Shown: positions 19,253-29,846, numbered from the stretch's first letter. The stretch is 64,000 nucleotides of DNA from an uncultured delta proteobacterium (GCA_963769935.1 CAVYNY010000010.1:1-64000), one strand, 5' to 3'. Numbers and translations: made by a program. The notes: generated by a model from the letters alone, not told the origin.

Positions 19253-19714
19253 ATGAAGAAATTTCTTATTTTAATTGTAATTTGCATCGGAGCATACTTT
19301 TTGGTTACCCATGCTCCAGGTAGCATTTCCATAAATTCAATAAAATCACTTCTTCCATTTATAAAATCTGAGCTTTCAACAAGCGATAAAGCGATACAAA
19401 ACGCTTATGACAACAAACTCAGTAACATTCAAGTTGGCGGGTCGGGAAAGGTCATCAAAATTCTGCCAGATGATAATAACGGCAGCAGACACCAACGGTT
19501 CATAATAAAACTGGGCTCAAGCCAAACCCTACTAATCGCATACAACATTGACCTTGCCCCAAAAATCAGTAACCTAAGAGTCGGTGATCACATCAATTTT
19601 TATGGTGAATATGAATGGAACTCTGAGGGGGGAGTTGTTCACTGGACACACCATGATCCCAATAATCGTCATGAAGGTGGCTGGTTGAATCATGGTGGAA
19701 AACTTTACCAGTAA
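19253..19714 (+). CDS. DUF3465 family protein
   Basis: GSRHQRFI, NIDLAP, GEYEWN, HWTHHDP. Confidence 0.85.
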   Translation: MKKFLILIVICIGAYFLVTHAPGSISINSIKSLLPFIKSELSTSDKAIQNAYDNKLSNIQVGGSGKVIKILPDDNNGSRHQRFIIKLGSSQTLLIAYNIDLAPKISNLRVGDHINFYGEYEWNSEGGVVHWTHHDPNNRHEGGWLNHGGKLYQ

Positions 19715-20195
19715 AGAATCCTGGCCCACAGGACCAGGTTTTCAATGTTGGCATAACTCACTATTCAAGACGCGACACCCGGATTTTTTTGTTGCGGATT
19801 TTATTTGTTTGACAAACAAACAGCCGTTTGCCATACAATCGCTTCCAGAAAACAAGTTCTTATCTTTTATCTTTTTTAGGGTGCCGGGCACTTGAATAAA
19901 GGTATCCGAGCTCCTATGTTTTTCGGTATGGACATCGTAGGGTGCAGCAGAAGTCGGGCACCCGTTCCATAAGATAGTGGGTAGGGCATGCTCAATGCGG
20001 CATGTTCCTGCGTCGATTCCATGCGCCATCCTGCCCTTGTCCAGTATCTTGGATACAGCATCTCCACCGAGCGCGTCCGGCATTTTTCTGTCTGCACAGG
20101 GAATGGAGGTCCGGCCTTGACAACGGAGGCATCACCCCGCGAGGCCAAGGCGATTGCCTATACGACGGTAGGGCAGCAGGGCCGGGTTTTGCAAG

Positions 20196-20224
20196 TTGAA
20201 ACGGCTCGACCGCCGCTCTATGAT
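20196..20224 (+). promoter_or_regulatory. Sigma70-like promoter of the tct operon
   Basis: TTGAAA-17 bp-TATGAT. Confidence 0.5.
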
Positions 20225-20306
20225 GAGATATCACTATACGCTTCAAGTCTCTTTTTGCTTCAATGGAATTTCAAGCCTCAAACACCCCACAAAGGAGGTA
20301 GATACT

Positions 20307-21296
20307 ATGAAAAGGAAATTGACATGGTGGATTGGTTTGGTTGTATCGGTTTTGATGGTTGGGTCTGCGGGAGTGGTCCTTGCCAAGGATTGGAAGCCCC
20401 AGAGGCCCATTGAGATCATTGCTCCGGCGGGACCCGGCGGCGGCTGGGATCTCCTGGCCCGCACCATGCAAAAGGCGCTGACCCAAGAGAAGCTTGTGGA
20501 CCAGCCGATTATCGTCACCAACAAACCGGGCGGCGGCGGCGCTACGGGCTGGACCTATCTGAAGAACAAGGCGGGGCACGGTGAATACCTGGCAGCCAAC
20601 TCCCCGCTTATCCTCCAGAACCATCTTCTCGGAAAAAGTAAGCTGACCTTTAAAGACTTCACGCTGGTCGCCAACCTCATGGCCGAATGGGAAGTGATTG
20701 CGGTCAGGGCCGATGCACCCTGGCAGGACGGCAAATCATTCTTTGAGGCCCTCAAGAAAGACCCAGCCGGCATGCCTATCGGCGTAGGTCCTGCGCTTGG
20801 AAACGACGATCACATCCAGTTCCTGTCGCTTGCCAAGGCCTTCGGCGCAAACCCCAAAACCGTTAAGTTCGTCGTCTACCCCCGGACAGCCGCAGAGCAG
20901 ATACCCGCTTTGCTGGGAGGCCATATCAAGGCCATAACCATCAGCCTGGCGGAAACATTGGAGCAGGTCAAGGCCGGGAAGCTCCGTCTGCTGGGGGTCA
21001 GTTCGCCGGAACGGCTTGCCGATATCCCGGATATTGCCACCTGGAAAGAGCAGGGCGTTGATTTCGTTTATCCGCATTGGCGCGGCGTGATGGCCGCCCC
21101 CAAACTCTCGGCCGAGCAAAAGAAGTTCTGGTCGGACACCATCGCCAAGATGGTCGCGTCTCCATCCTGGAAAAATTCTCTTAAAACCCTGGACTGGGAT
21201 TCGTTCTACCAGCCCGCCGCCGAGTATGAGACTTTTCTGGAAAACCAGGACAAATTGATGAAGGAGACCCTCACGGATGTCGGCCTGATCAAGTAG
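20307..21296 (+). CDS. tctC: Tripartite tricarboxylate transporter substrate-binding protein
   Basis: Signal peptide; PAGPGGGWD, NKPGGGG, WRG; GGAGG RBS. Confidence 0.92.
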   Translation: MKRKLTWWIGLVVSVLMVGSAGVVLAKDWKPQRPIEIIAPAGPGGGWDLLARTMQKALTQEKLVDQPIIVTNKPGGGGATGWTYLKNKAGHGEYLAANSPLILQNHLLGKSKLTFKDFTLVANLMAEWEVIAVRADAPWQDGKSFFEALKKDPAGMPIGVGPALGNDDHIQFLSLAKAFGANPKTVKFVVYPRTAAEQIPALLGGHIKAITISLAETLEQVKAGKLRLLGVSSPERLADIPDIATWKEQGVDFVYPHWRGVMAAPKLSAEQKKFWSDTIAKMVASPSWKNSLKTLDWDSFYQPAAEYETFLENQDKLMKETLTDVGLIK

Positions 21297-21397
21297 GTTC
21301 CTGTTTGCCCTTTTTGTTTCGACCCGGTCACGGACGAGGAGAAAAGGCTCCGGCCTTGTTCTCCTCCGGTCAATTCTATAGACAGGGAGAATTGAAA

Positions 21398-21871
21398 ATG
21401 ACAAAGGATATGACCGCCGGAATTTTTTCAGTGGTGCTGGGGCTGGGTTATCTGGTTGCAGCCTTCAGGATACCTGTGTTTGACACAGGAGACGAAATCG
21501 GACCAAGGGCGTTTCCGTTCATGATTTCAGCGGTGGTGATCTGCTGCGGGCTGGCACTTATTCTAAAGGAACTCAAGAGCAGGAATCGCAAGCCGTTCTC
21601 GTGGGGGTTCACATCCGAACGAGGCATCTGGCTTCGAATCCTGATTACGATTGCAGCCGGCATCATTTACGGGCTCGTCCTGGATGGGCTCGGCTACGTC
21701 ATCGCGACCTTCTTTTTTATGATTGTGGTGGCCTCGATCGTCAACATTGGACGGCACCTGCAGAACATCCTCATTGCGGCGGCTTTTTCGATCGTCACAT
21801 TTGTCGCCTTCGAAGTTATCCTGAAACTCAGCCTGCCCAGGGGCATTCTCGGTGGAGTTCTGCCGTTCTAA
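21398..21871 (+). CDS. tctB: TTT small membrane subunit
   Basis: GPRAFP, LGYVIAT, LPRG; position in operon. Confidence 0.9.
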   Translation: MTKDMTAGIFSVVLGLGYLVAAFRIPVFDTGDEIGPRAFPFMISAVVICCGLALILKELKSRNRKPFSWGFTSERGIWLRILITIAAGIIYGLVLDGLGYVIATFFFMIVVASIVNIGRHLQNILIAAAFSIVTFVAFEVILKLSLPRGILGGVLPF

Positions 21872-21887
21872 GGGAGGACTGTGACTC

Positions 21888-23384
21888 ATGGATGCTATTT
21901 TTCATCACCTCCTGCAGGGACTCGCAGTAGCCCTGATGCCCCTGAATGTCCTTTGGATTATCATCGGGGGTCTGCTGGGTACGATCATTGGGATGCTGCC
22001 GGGTCTTGGTCCGGCCACGGGCGTGGCCATTCTTATCCCCATAACCTATGGTATGAACCCCGCCACGGCCCTGATAACCATGTGCGCCGTCTATTACGGT
22101 GCCATGTTCGGGGGCTCCCGGTCTTCCATCATGATAAACACGCCGGGAGATGCTTCGGCCATCGTCTCGTGCTTCGACGGGTACCCCATGACCAAAAACG
22201 GGCGAGCGGGAGAGGCGCTGGCCATATCCGCCATTGCATCTTTCATCGGCGGAATCGTGGGAATGATTTTTCTCATCTTTCTGACCGAACCAGTGGCGGC
22301 GATGGCGTTAAAATTCGGCCCGGCGGAGAAGTTTTCGCTCATGCTGTTTGCTCTGACCGCTACCATTACACTCTCCGAAGGCAGTCTTCTCAAAGGATTC
22401 ATAGCCATGGGGATCGGATTCATGGTTGCCACCATCGGCATCGACGGCCAGTCGGGAGCCATTCGATTCACTTTTGGTATAGAGGATTTGCAGGATGGCA
22501 TCGACTTTCTCGTGGCTATGATCGGTCTCTATGCCGTGGCCGAAGTGTTCAAAAACTATCGCACGATAAACGTCCAATATGAAGTTGATTCCAAAAGGAT
22601 CGGCAAGGTGTGGGTCAAGCGGGCTGAGTTCAAGAGATCGCTCATGCCCATGCTGCGAAGCGCTCCCATGGGTTTCCTGGTGGGAGTTTTGCCTGGCGCC
22701 GGCGGCACCATCGCCACCTTCCTGGCTTATGCCGTGGAGAAGTCCATCAGCAAAAGACCCGAGCAGTTCGGCAAGGGGGCCATCGAGGGGCTTGCTGCTC
22801 CCGAAGCGGCCAACAATGCCTGTTCCTGCGGCGCCCTGGTGCCCCTTCTAACGCTGGGAATACCCGGCTCGGGAACCACAGCGGTCATGCTCGGAGCGCT
22901 CATGATGCTCGGTGTTCGTCCCGGTCCGATCCTCTTTGATCAACACCCGGAAATAGCGTGGGGAGTCATCGCGTCGATGCTGGCCGGCAACATCATTTTG
23001 CTGCTGATCAACTTGCCGCTGGCAGTACCTTTGGTCCGGCTGCTGAAAACCCCCCAGCGCATCATGCTGCCGCTCATTCTCGGAATGGGGTTTATGGGGA
23101 CCTATTTTCTCAACTACAGTTCCTTCGATTTTATCCTCGTGTCCGTGTTCGCACTGGGAGGCTATATGCTCTCCAGGCTGGAGATTCCAATCCCGCCCCT
23201 GGTTCTGGCATTGATCCTCGGCGGTATGACAGAGCAGTCTTTCAGAAACGCCATGACGATTTCCAACGGCAGCCCTGCCATCTTCTTTCAGAAACCGATT
23301 TCCCTGACCCTTCTGATCATGGCCGCCATATCCCTGCTCTATGCCCTGCGAAAACACAGAAGAAAAGCTGAAACAAAGGCTTAG
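21888..23384 (+). CDS. tctA: TTT large permease
   Basis: GMLPGLGP, DGYPM, APEAANNA, LTLGIPGS. Confidence 0.95.
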   Translation: MDAIFHHLLQGLAVALMPLNVLWIIIGGLLGTIIGMLPGLGPATGVAILIPITYGMNPATALITMCAVYYGAMFGGSRSSIMINTPGDASAIVSCFDGYPMTKNGRAGEALAISAIASFIGGIVGMIFLIFLTEPVAAMALKFGPAEKFSLMLFALTATITLSEGSLLKGFIAMGIGFMVATIGIDGQSGAIRFTFGIEDLQDGIDFLVAMIGLYAVAEVFKNYRTINVQYEVDSKRIGKVWVKRAEFKRSLMPMLRSAPMGFLVGVLPGAGGTIATFLAYAVEKSISKRPEQFGKGAIEGLAAPEAANNACSCGALVPLLTLGIPGSGTTAVMLGALMMLGVRPGPILFDQHPEIAWGVIASMLAGNIILLLINLPLAVPLVRLLKTPQRIMLPLILGMGFMGTYFLNYSSFDFILVSVFALGGYMLSRLEIPIPPLVLALILGGMTEQSFRNAMTISNGSPAIFFQKPISLTLLIMAAISLLYALRKHRRKAETKA

Positions 23385-23419
23385 GCTCTATCTCGCAACG
23401 GCACGCAGACTTGCGTGCA

Positions 23420-23496
23420 GCCTAACGACAAACTCACCAGCGCAATTGGTGGAGGAAGCACAGCGACCGGCACACTCTGCAGCGCCGGGTTCAGGC
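23420..23496 (+). mobile_element. attC-like site
   Basis: GCCTAAC...GCAGCGCCGG-GTTCAGGC. Confidence 0.55.
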
Positions 23497-23766
23497 TGCG
23501 GTCCGCACATTCATAGAAAATATCTATAATAGCTGCAAAAGTGAACCGTATCAGAAAACGATAAGCAGCCTAAGCAAAAGATCGGTTAAGCTGGCCCCAA
23601 CCGCAATTTTAATTCGGATTTCAGCCTCAGCCACTATTGATTTTTAGCGGCATGAAAATGCTTCAAAAATAGCGGTTTAAAAATGCAGGTGCCTAGAGGT
23701 GGAGATACATTCTAATGGGTTAATGAGAATCTAACCAGCGCCGCTGTCAGTTCTGCAACAATAATT

Positions 23767-23841
23767 GGGGTGGCCGGAATCCATCGGAATCGGTGGCCGG
23801 CTTCGTCCGGAATGGGTGGCCGGAATCGAGCGGAACATGCA
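23767..23841. mobile_element. IS21-family terminal repeat remnant
   Basis: Three GGTGGCCGG...CGGAA repeats ending in TGCA. Confidence 0.7.
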
Positions 23842-23904
23842 ATGATTCTGAAAGCTTTGGGATTATACGTTTAACTCTCTTAAAGTTGCTTCGCTTAGTG
23901 AACT

Positions 23905-24276
23905 CTAAATATCATCTTGCAGATCCATCTGAATCTGTTTCTCCCGTATGATTATCCCAACCAAATAATGGCCTTTGTAAGGCTTTTCGGGGGCTTCCGT
24001 AATGTGGCTTATTTCAGACTTGAATACTTCTGACGGCTCGGTTTCATCCTCTGCATGATATCGCATGTTCAAAATTTGACCAACTTTGAGATGCTTTAAA
24101 ATAGCCGATCCCTCTTTAACCATGAAGCATGCTCCATTTGCTGATACATCCTTCAATTTGAAAAGATAAATCGGCAAAGAACCTAACTTCATCTCAACAC
24201 TGTGGAACCTTTTTGACGGCTTCCTCGGTTCGGCTCTTCTGTCGGACGGGTATTTTGCAGATAGTTCTTCAGTCAT
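23905..24276 (-). CDS. PilZ-domain protein
   Basis: RRAEPR (RxxxR) and DVSANG (DxSxxG); GGAGG RBS. Confidence 0.8.
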   Translation of the reverse strand: MTEELSAKYPSDRRAEPRKPSKRFHSVEMKLGSLPIYLFKLKDVSANGACFMVKEGSAILKHLKVGQILNMRYHAEDETEPSEVFKSEISHITEAPEKPYKGHYLVGIIIREKQIQMDLQDDI

Positions 24277-24788
24277 ATTCCTCCTTACATCTTGCATTAT
24301 ACTGAAAATTATAGCAAAAATTGATAAGAGGTCAACAAAATTTTGCAAATATTAAATTATATCAAGATGTTAATGTGTGACGGGAACATAATGCATGTCA
24401 GAATTTGGGTTGCCCCGGATAATGCATTTTATTAGTACTTTTGCGGAGTGTTCCTCACGTATCTCGACAGATGAGTTGAAATTGAACCGACTTCTTCCTT
24501 CGTTAGGACAATATTCCCATTATGGTATTTTCTCAACTTACTCAGCCCAATTCGTCAACTCGGTCGACCGCGTTCCCTGCTCTCTCCATCCGTGCGGAAA
24601 GCGCAGGTGTTCGGCACGACCGATTTCGAGTCGGCAAGCCATTGAAAATTTATTAAATCGTGTTAGAATCGGTAGCTGAGACAATGAACACAAGCTGAGA
24701 ATTGATAGTACGGATCGGGGCCAAACTGTTACAGATTAAGAACCCCTCGGGTAACGAGGTTAATATATTTTAAGGAAGGAGAAGTCGC

Positions 24789-25841
24789 ATGGCACTTCAA
24801 GCTGCCGCAATTGAGACGAAGGATGCCCTGGATGCCATAGAGCTTTTTTATCAGAAAGGTTGGACGGATGGGCTTCCGATTATCCCGCCGACAGAACGCC
24901 GCATCCAGGCCATGTTGGATACGGTGCACCTGCAACCGGATACGGTCATCGGCTCGATTCCGGAACGCAGCCGTGTCTTTACGGCCGAGGTTGTCGCCAT
25001 CAACGCGGTGATGGCCGGTTGTCTGCCGGAGTATTTTCCGGTGGTGGTGGCCGCAATTTCCGCTGTCAGCGACCCCGCCTTCGGGCTCCATGGACCTACC
25101 GCCACCACGCACGGCGCCGCCATCCTGATGATTGTAAACGGACCGATTACCGAAGCCATTGGCCTGAATTCAGGCCAAAATGTATTCGGACCCGGCAACC
25201 GGGCCAATGCGACCATTGGACGGACGCTGCGTCTGGTTTTAATCAATGCCGGAGGAAGTCACGAATTTGACCGCGCCACCCTCGGGCATCCCGGTAAATA
25301 TTCCTATTGCATTGCCGAGGATGAATCCACTGACTGGCAGCCGCTTCATGTTCAGAGGGGGTTTGAGCAATCCGTCAGCACGGTAACGGTTTTTGCGGGC
25401 GAAAGCCCCAACCAGGTGAACAACCACACGGCCTTGAAGGCCGAAAATATCCTTCTCACCCTGGCTGATCGGATGTCCGCTCTGGGCACGTTCAACATGG
25501 GCGGACACACGGAGATGGCCGTGATCATTTGCCCGGAGCATTATAACACGTTGAACCAGCAGGGGTGGGACAAAGCCAGGGTTCAGCAATTTCTTTACGA
25601 AAGGGCAGCCCGTCCGCTGGCCGATCTCAAAAAGGGTGGTTTCCTTGAAAAACCGATTGAAGATGGTGATATGAACCGTTTGGTACGGGCGGTACCGTCC
25701 CCCAACGATATCCTGCTGGTGGTGGCCGGGGGGATTGCCGGGCGTTTCTCGGCCTGTATCCCGGGATGGGCCAGTATGAAAGCCTGCCATTCGGTCACCC
25801 GGGCCCTGCGCGACGCCAGCTGCGGTACCTGAGGGTGGTAA
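24789..25841 (+). CDS. UGSC-associated protein; ends at TGA 25832 or reads through (Sec) to TAA 25841
   Basis: WTDGLPIIPPT, AINAVMAGC, GNRANATIGR; C-terminus SCGT-TGA-GW-TAA. Confidence 0.8.
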
Positions 25842-25899
25842 CAGCCAATCGTGAATTGGCGAAAAGAAAATCTTCCGGACAAAAAGGAGATCAGGTAAA

Positions 25900-26442
25900 A
25901 TGAATTTCGTCGTCTATAATCCGACCAGCGGGCCCACCGCTGGAAAAATGGGGCTGGCGCCCCGGATTGAAAACTTGCAAAATGGTGTATTGGGAGTGAT
26001 TGACAACGGTAAGACAAACTCGGATACGGTTTTGAATCGGATTGTCACTAAACTGGCCGAACGTTTTTCTCTGGAAGACGTTATCACCGTAAGAAAACAT
26101 TCCGTGTCCCATGCAATTAAAGATGATGCCGCCCGGATGCTGGCGCAGAAATGTAACTTTGTTCTGGCCGGAATTGGTGATTGAGGATCGTGCAGTTCGG
26201 GCAGTTTGCTCGACGGCATCGTCATGGAAAAATTGGGCGTACCCACCGTCGTAGTGATCACGGAGCCGTTTATAAGTTCCGCCAAAGCCATGGCTGTATC
26301 ACATGGGATGCCTGACTATCCGTTCGCTGTCATCCCGCATCCCATCGCTGCAACAGAGACCTCAAAATTGCACAGCTGGGCGGATAAGGTGGCTGATCAG
26401 ATCGTTTCGATCTGGTTGAAAGGGGAAACCGCTGAGCTTTAG
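25900..26442 (+). CDS. UGSC-family selenoprotein with TGA at 26182-26184
   Basis: ORFs 25900-26184 and 26206-26442 are in frame; junction reads GIGD-U-GSCSSGS; SECIS-like hairpin at 26197-26213. Confidence 0.9.
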
Positions 26443-26617
26443 GATTCCTCTTCAACTACCCGATAGGGGCACTCAATCCCGGCATTTGCCGATGCCAGGG
26501 CCCGGCAAAATGCAGCCGGGATGTTTGGCACTGATCGACTACTTTCAGGATACGCCCTTGAAATGGTTTTATAACGGGTGACCCTTTTCTTCCCATGGGC
26601 TTGCTTGAAACGGCAGG

Positions 26618-27097
26618 TCACCGATTATCTTCTCTCAGCGCCTTCCTTGCCGCTCTATCCACAAGTGTAAAAAGCTTACTAATATCATCTTTTTGATTCG
26701 ATACCTGATGTCCACGGACTTTGACCAATTCACAATCCAAATGATCGGTCATTCTATAAAACTCCTGATACAGCTCAAAATTGCTGAGGCGTTTATTTCT
26801 CTTTGAACGATAATCATTTTGCTCAAACCGTTCCCGCCTCCCCTGTAACCCCAAAATGTTTTGAGAATCCGTATACAAAATCACTTTACGCCCCAATGCT
26901 TGAATATCGTTCAGCGCCCATAATACTGTCTGCAATTCCAGTTTCGTTGAAGACGTATGTTCAAATCGCCTCACTTTCACGCTCGCCCTCACCGAATCCA
27001 GGGAAAGACCACGCTCAGATACAGATAGGTAAGCCCCATATCCAATATTTGACTGAGTATTCACACTTCCATCCGCAAATAGCATCAGTTGATCCAT
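26618..27097 (-). CDS. Ribonuclease HI family protein (cassette gene)
   Basis: FADGS, LELQ, YTDSQ, KVRGH, VDRAA. Confidence 0.85.
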   Translation of the reverse strand: MDQLMLFADGSVNTQSNIGYGAYLSVSERGLSLDSVRASVKVRRFEHTSSTKLELQTVLWALNDIQALGRKVILYTDSQNILGLQGRRERFEQNDYRSKRNKRLSNFELYQEFYRMTDHLDCELVKVRGHQVSNQKDDISKLFTLVDRAARKALREDNR

Positions 27098-27114
27098 AAA
27101 AATATCACTTTATC

Positions 27115-27242
27115 TCATAACGTGCCGGTCCGTGGCAACCAGGGTTTAGACTGATCTTGGCAAAATTTGCAATTAGATAAATTTTTGAAAAATGTTGCTA
27201 AATAGCACGACCCTGGCTGTCTACTGCACGGCACGGTTAGGC
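27115..27242 (-). mobile_element. attC site
   Basis: Minus strand GCCTAAC (contains upstream gene's stop)...GTTATGA with paired GTGCCG arms, 128 bp. Confidence 0.8.
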
Positions 27243-27641
27243 CGTTTCTTCCTTTGTGCGATAACTCTCATAGGAGATGAACTCCATCAACGATCCATCT
27301 GGATCACGAAAATAAACGCTGATCCCCGTTCCTTTCACTCCGGTCCGCACAGCAGGACCTACTTCGATCGGCACATCATACGCCTGAAGATGCGCTACGG
27401 CATCTTCAATCGGTCCTGGCCACTCAAAACACAAATCGCTGCCACCCGCCGGAACAGGAATTCGCGCGTTCGGATCGCCCGGCTGATTTGGACCATGTAC
27501 ATTCAATTGCTCGGCGCCGAAACGATATGCCCATCCATTCGCAAATCGGACTAGCTCGGCGCCGAGGACATCACGATAGAAGCGATTGGAACGGTCCCAA
27601 TGCAAAACGGTGATAACGCAGTGATCTAACTTGGGTTTCAT
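27237..27641 (-). CDS. VOC/glyoxalase family protein (cassette gene)
   Basis: LDHCVI, FYRDVLG, DLCF, SVYFRDPDGSLMEF. Confidence 0.9.
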   Translation of the reverse strand: MKPKLDHCVITVLHWDRSNRFYRDVLGAELVRFANGWAYRFGAEQLNVHGPNQPGDPNARIPVPAGGSDLCFEWPGPIEDAVAHLQAYDVPIEVGPAVRTGVKGTGISVYFRDPDGSLMEFISYESYRTKEETA

Positions 27642-27645
27642 ATTT

Positions 27646-27749
27646 TGCCTCGTCGAGCGTGAGCAGCGGCCCAAATAAGTTTCAAATTTGCACGGTCCTT
27701 ACGAAAACCCGCTATCTTCTCGCCGTCTGGCCCACGCATCTTGTTATGT
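27646..27749 (-). mobile_element. attC-like site
   Basis: ACATAAC...CAGACGGCGAGAAGATAGCGG...GGGCCGCTGCTCAC; similar to 16071-16175. Confidence 0.6.
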
Positions 27750-28164
27750 GAAAAGTTTCCAAATATTCTGAACTGTACGTAAGTCACACGCTGACTTCCG
27801 CGCCTGGATGATGGCTGTTTGCCTTCAGAAGATTTTCGTTAACAGCCTTAGGGTCATTTTCGGTTATTTGTCTCTTTCTTTTTAATGCGCTGGATTACCT
27901 CCAGTATCACCCCTAAAAGCACGATTACGCCGCCAAGGAACGCAAATAATTTTCCATAACTCTCAATAAAGGATCTACACTCAGTCGCGGCTATGAAACC
28001 GGGAAATACCTTTGACCAGGGTAGTATAAAAATAAATACAAAGAATAAAGCAAAGTGAATTACCCAATAAATGGGTTCGTCTTCTAATCTTATTACCGAC
28101 CAAATAGAAGACGATTCGAAAATTCGGCCCGGCCGCATCGATCTCATAGCGGATGTTTTCAAAA

Positions 28165-28493
28165 AATGCAGCTCAGGCTGATGGCTGCCGGTCAGAATAA
28201 GCATGCCCTTTTTATGGGCCCGGTCGACGATGCCCTGAATGTAAGAGAGCAGCTGCGGAAGGCGCTGAATCTCATCCAAAACACAGCCCCCGGGGAAGAT
28301 TTGCCAGAAAACCTCTCGGGTCTGTTTCAACCGCCGTGCGCAAACCAGGATCTTCCAAAGAATAATACAATTTATCGGGGAATGTCATCTGCACCAATGT
28401 GGTCTTACCGGATTGATGAGGCCCGAATACAGTCACTACCGGATATTCACCGGCGGATGCCAGCAATTCTGTTGTAATATCCCGCTTGTTCAT
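28165..28493 (-). pseudogene. AAA+ ATPase (AAA_14/DUF4143 type) N-terminal remnant, frameshifted and truncated
   Basis: GPHQSGKTT, then LDEIQR...ILTGS in another frame, joined to an unrelated membrane-protein fragment. Confidence 0.8.
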
Positions 28494-28883
28494 GTTTCCT
28501 ACGTTTGCCTGGCCTTTGTGAAAATGTCAAATTCTAGTTTGGATTTTCACAACAAGTTTATGGGCAAGTCCGGACTCGGCACATTTTGGCTCGGATTTGC
28601 CGGGCCCTTTTGACCTCCCTAATTTTATGCCCGCTGATTTACGAACCTCAGGGCCTCTTATGTCCGCCGGCGGACAAAATATCTCTCAAGCTCGCTGAAC
28701 AGATCCGGCATGGTTGACATGATTTGGGGAAAACATTAAAATGCATCAACGATATCTCTTTTAGATTCACTCGGCACCGCCAAGCTGTAACTGCATGGCT
28801 TGCAGCAATGCTATCTGATCGCCTTGCTAAGGATTTTTAACTTTTTCTTCATCTAAAATCATTCAGAACCTAAGGAACTCGTT

Positions 28884-29801
28884 ATGCGGCAGCCCATTGG
28901 CCTGTTGAGTGATAACCTGAGTTGGGTGCAGCCCTTGTTGCGGGCTATGGACGCGGCCGGTGTTCCAAGCCGGCTCATCCCCTTTCCCCATCCACCGTTC
29001 ACAGAATTTGACGGGCAGGCCTATCCTAAAGTGATTTTTAATCGCGTGGCCACCCGCACCGCCATGGGTTCCCCGGGGATCATCACCCTGGTCAGAGATC
29101 TGCTGTCGGCCCTCGAATTGCAGGACAAGCACATCATCAACAACCGCCAATGCCATCATGTGGGTTCCAGCAAGGCTCTGCAGTCTTTGGTTTTTGAGCG
29201 TGCCGGAGTGATGAGTCCCAAGACCTTGGTGCTGCATGACAAGGCCATGCTCAAAACAGCCCGGGAACAAATGGCGGACGGCATGCTGAAATCCAATGTG
29301 GGCGGCTTTGGCGCCGGTGTCTGGGCGCCTGCGTCTGCCGACCAGGATGTGCCCCCTTCGATTCTGGCGGCGGCTTTTGCAGCCGACGGCATGGCGGTGT
29401 GGCAGCAAAGATATATACCCCGGGATAACGTTATTTATCGGGTGGAGCTGCTGGGCGGGGAAGTACTTTACAGAGCCCGGGTGTCTGTCAAGCCGGAAGC
29501 ATTCAACTACTGTTTAGGGAATGCGGGCAGCTCTTCCGGTCCGGAGACGACTCCTGACGATCCGGTCACCTTGGATCAAGTGCCGGATACGAAGCTGCGC
29601 TCGGCTTTGGCGCGCATCTGCCGGCTTGCCGACCTGGATGTGGGCAGCGTCGAGTATCTGATTCCCAAGGGAGAATCGGAAGCATGTTTTTTTGATATCA
29701 ATCCGGTTTCTACCTATCATCCCAAAGCCGCCGCCCTCTTGGGCTTCGACCCCTATGAAAAATTGGCAGCCTGGCTTAAGGCAATCGATCAAAGCTACTG
29801 A
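28884..29801 (+). CDS. ATP-grasp ligase (RimK-like)
   Basis: IFNRV, SKALQ, KSNVGGFGAG, QQRYIP, FFDINP. Confidence 0.75.
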   Translation: MRQPIGLLSDNLSWVQPLLRAMDAAGVPSRLIPFPHPPFTEFDGQAYPKVIFNRVATRTAMGSPGIITLVRDLLSALELQDKHIINNRQCHHVGSSKALQSLVFERAGVMSPKTLVLHDKAMLKTAREQMADGMLKSNVGGFGAGVWAPASADQDVPPSILAAAFAADGMAVWQQRYIPRDNVIYRVELLGGEVLYRARVSVKPEAFNYCLGNAGSSSGPETTPDDPVTLDQVPDTKLRSALARICRLADLDVGSVEYLIPKGESEACFFDINPVSTYHPKAAALLGFDPYEKLAAWLKAIDQSY

Positions 29802-29825
29802 ATAGCGTCTTTCGCGCCTGTCAAC

Positions 29826-29846
29826 GGTGGGCAATGCCCACCCTAC
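29826..29846 (-). repeat. GTAG-type REP sequence
   Basis: GTAG-GGTGGGCA-T-TGCCCACC. Confidence 0.65.

Noticed and set aside
19720..20190. Short ORFs or ncRNA upstream of tctC
   Set aside because: Overlapping ORFs without motifs or RBS; no recognisable RNA family
23767..23841. CRISPR-like short repeats
   Set aside because: Spacing far too short and no cas genes; pattern matches IS21 ends
27854..28330. ATPase-membrane fusion protein
   Set aside because: Chance in-frame junction of two gene remnants
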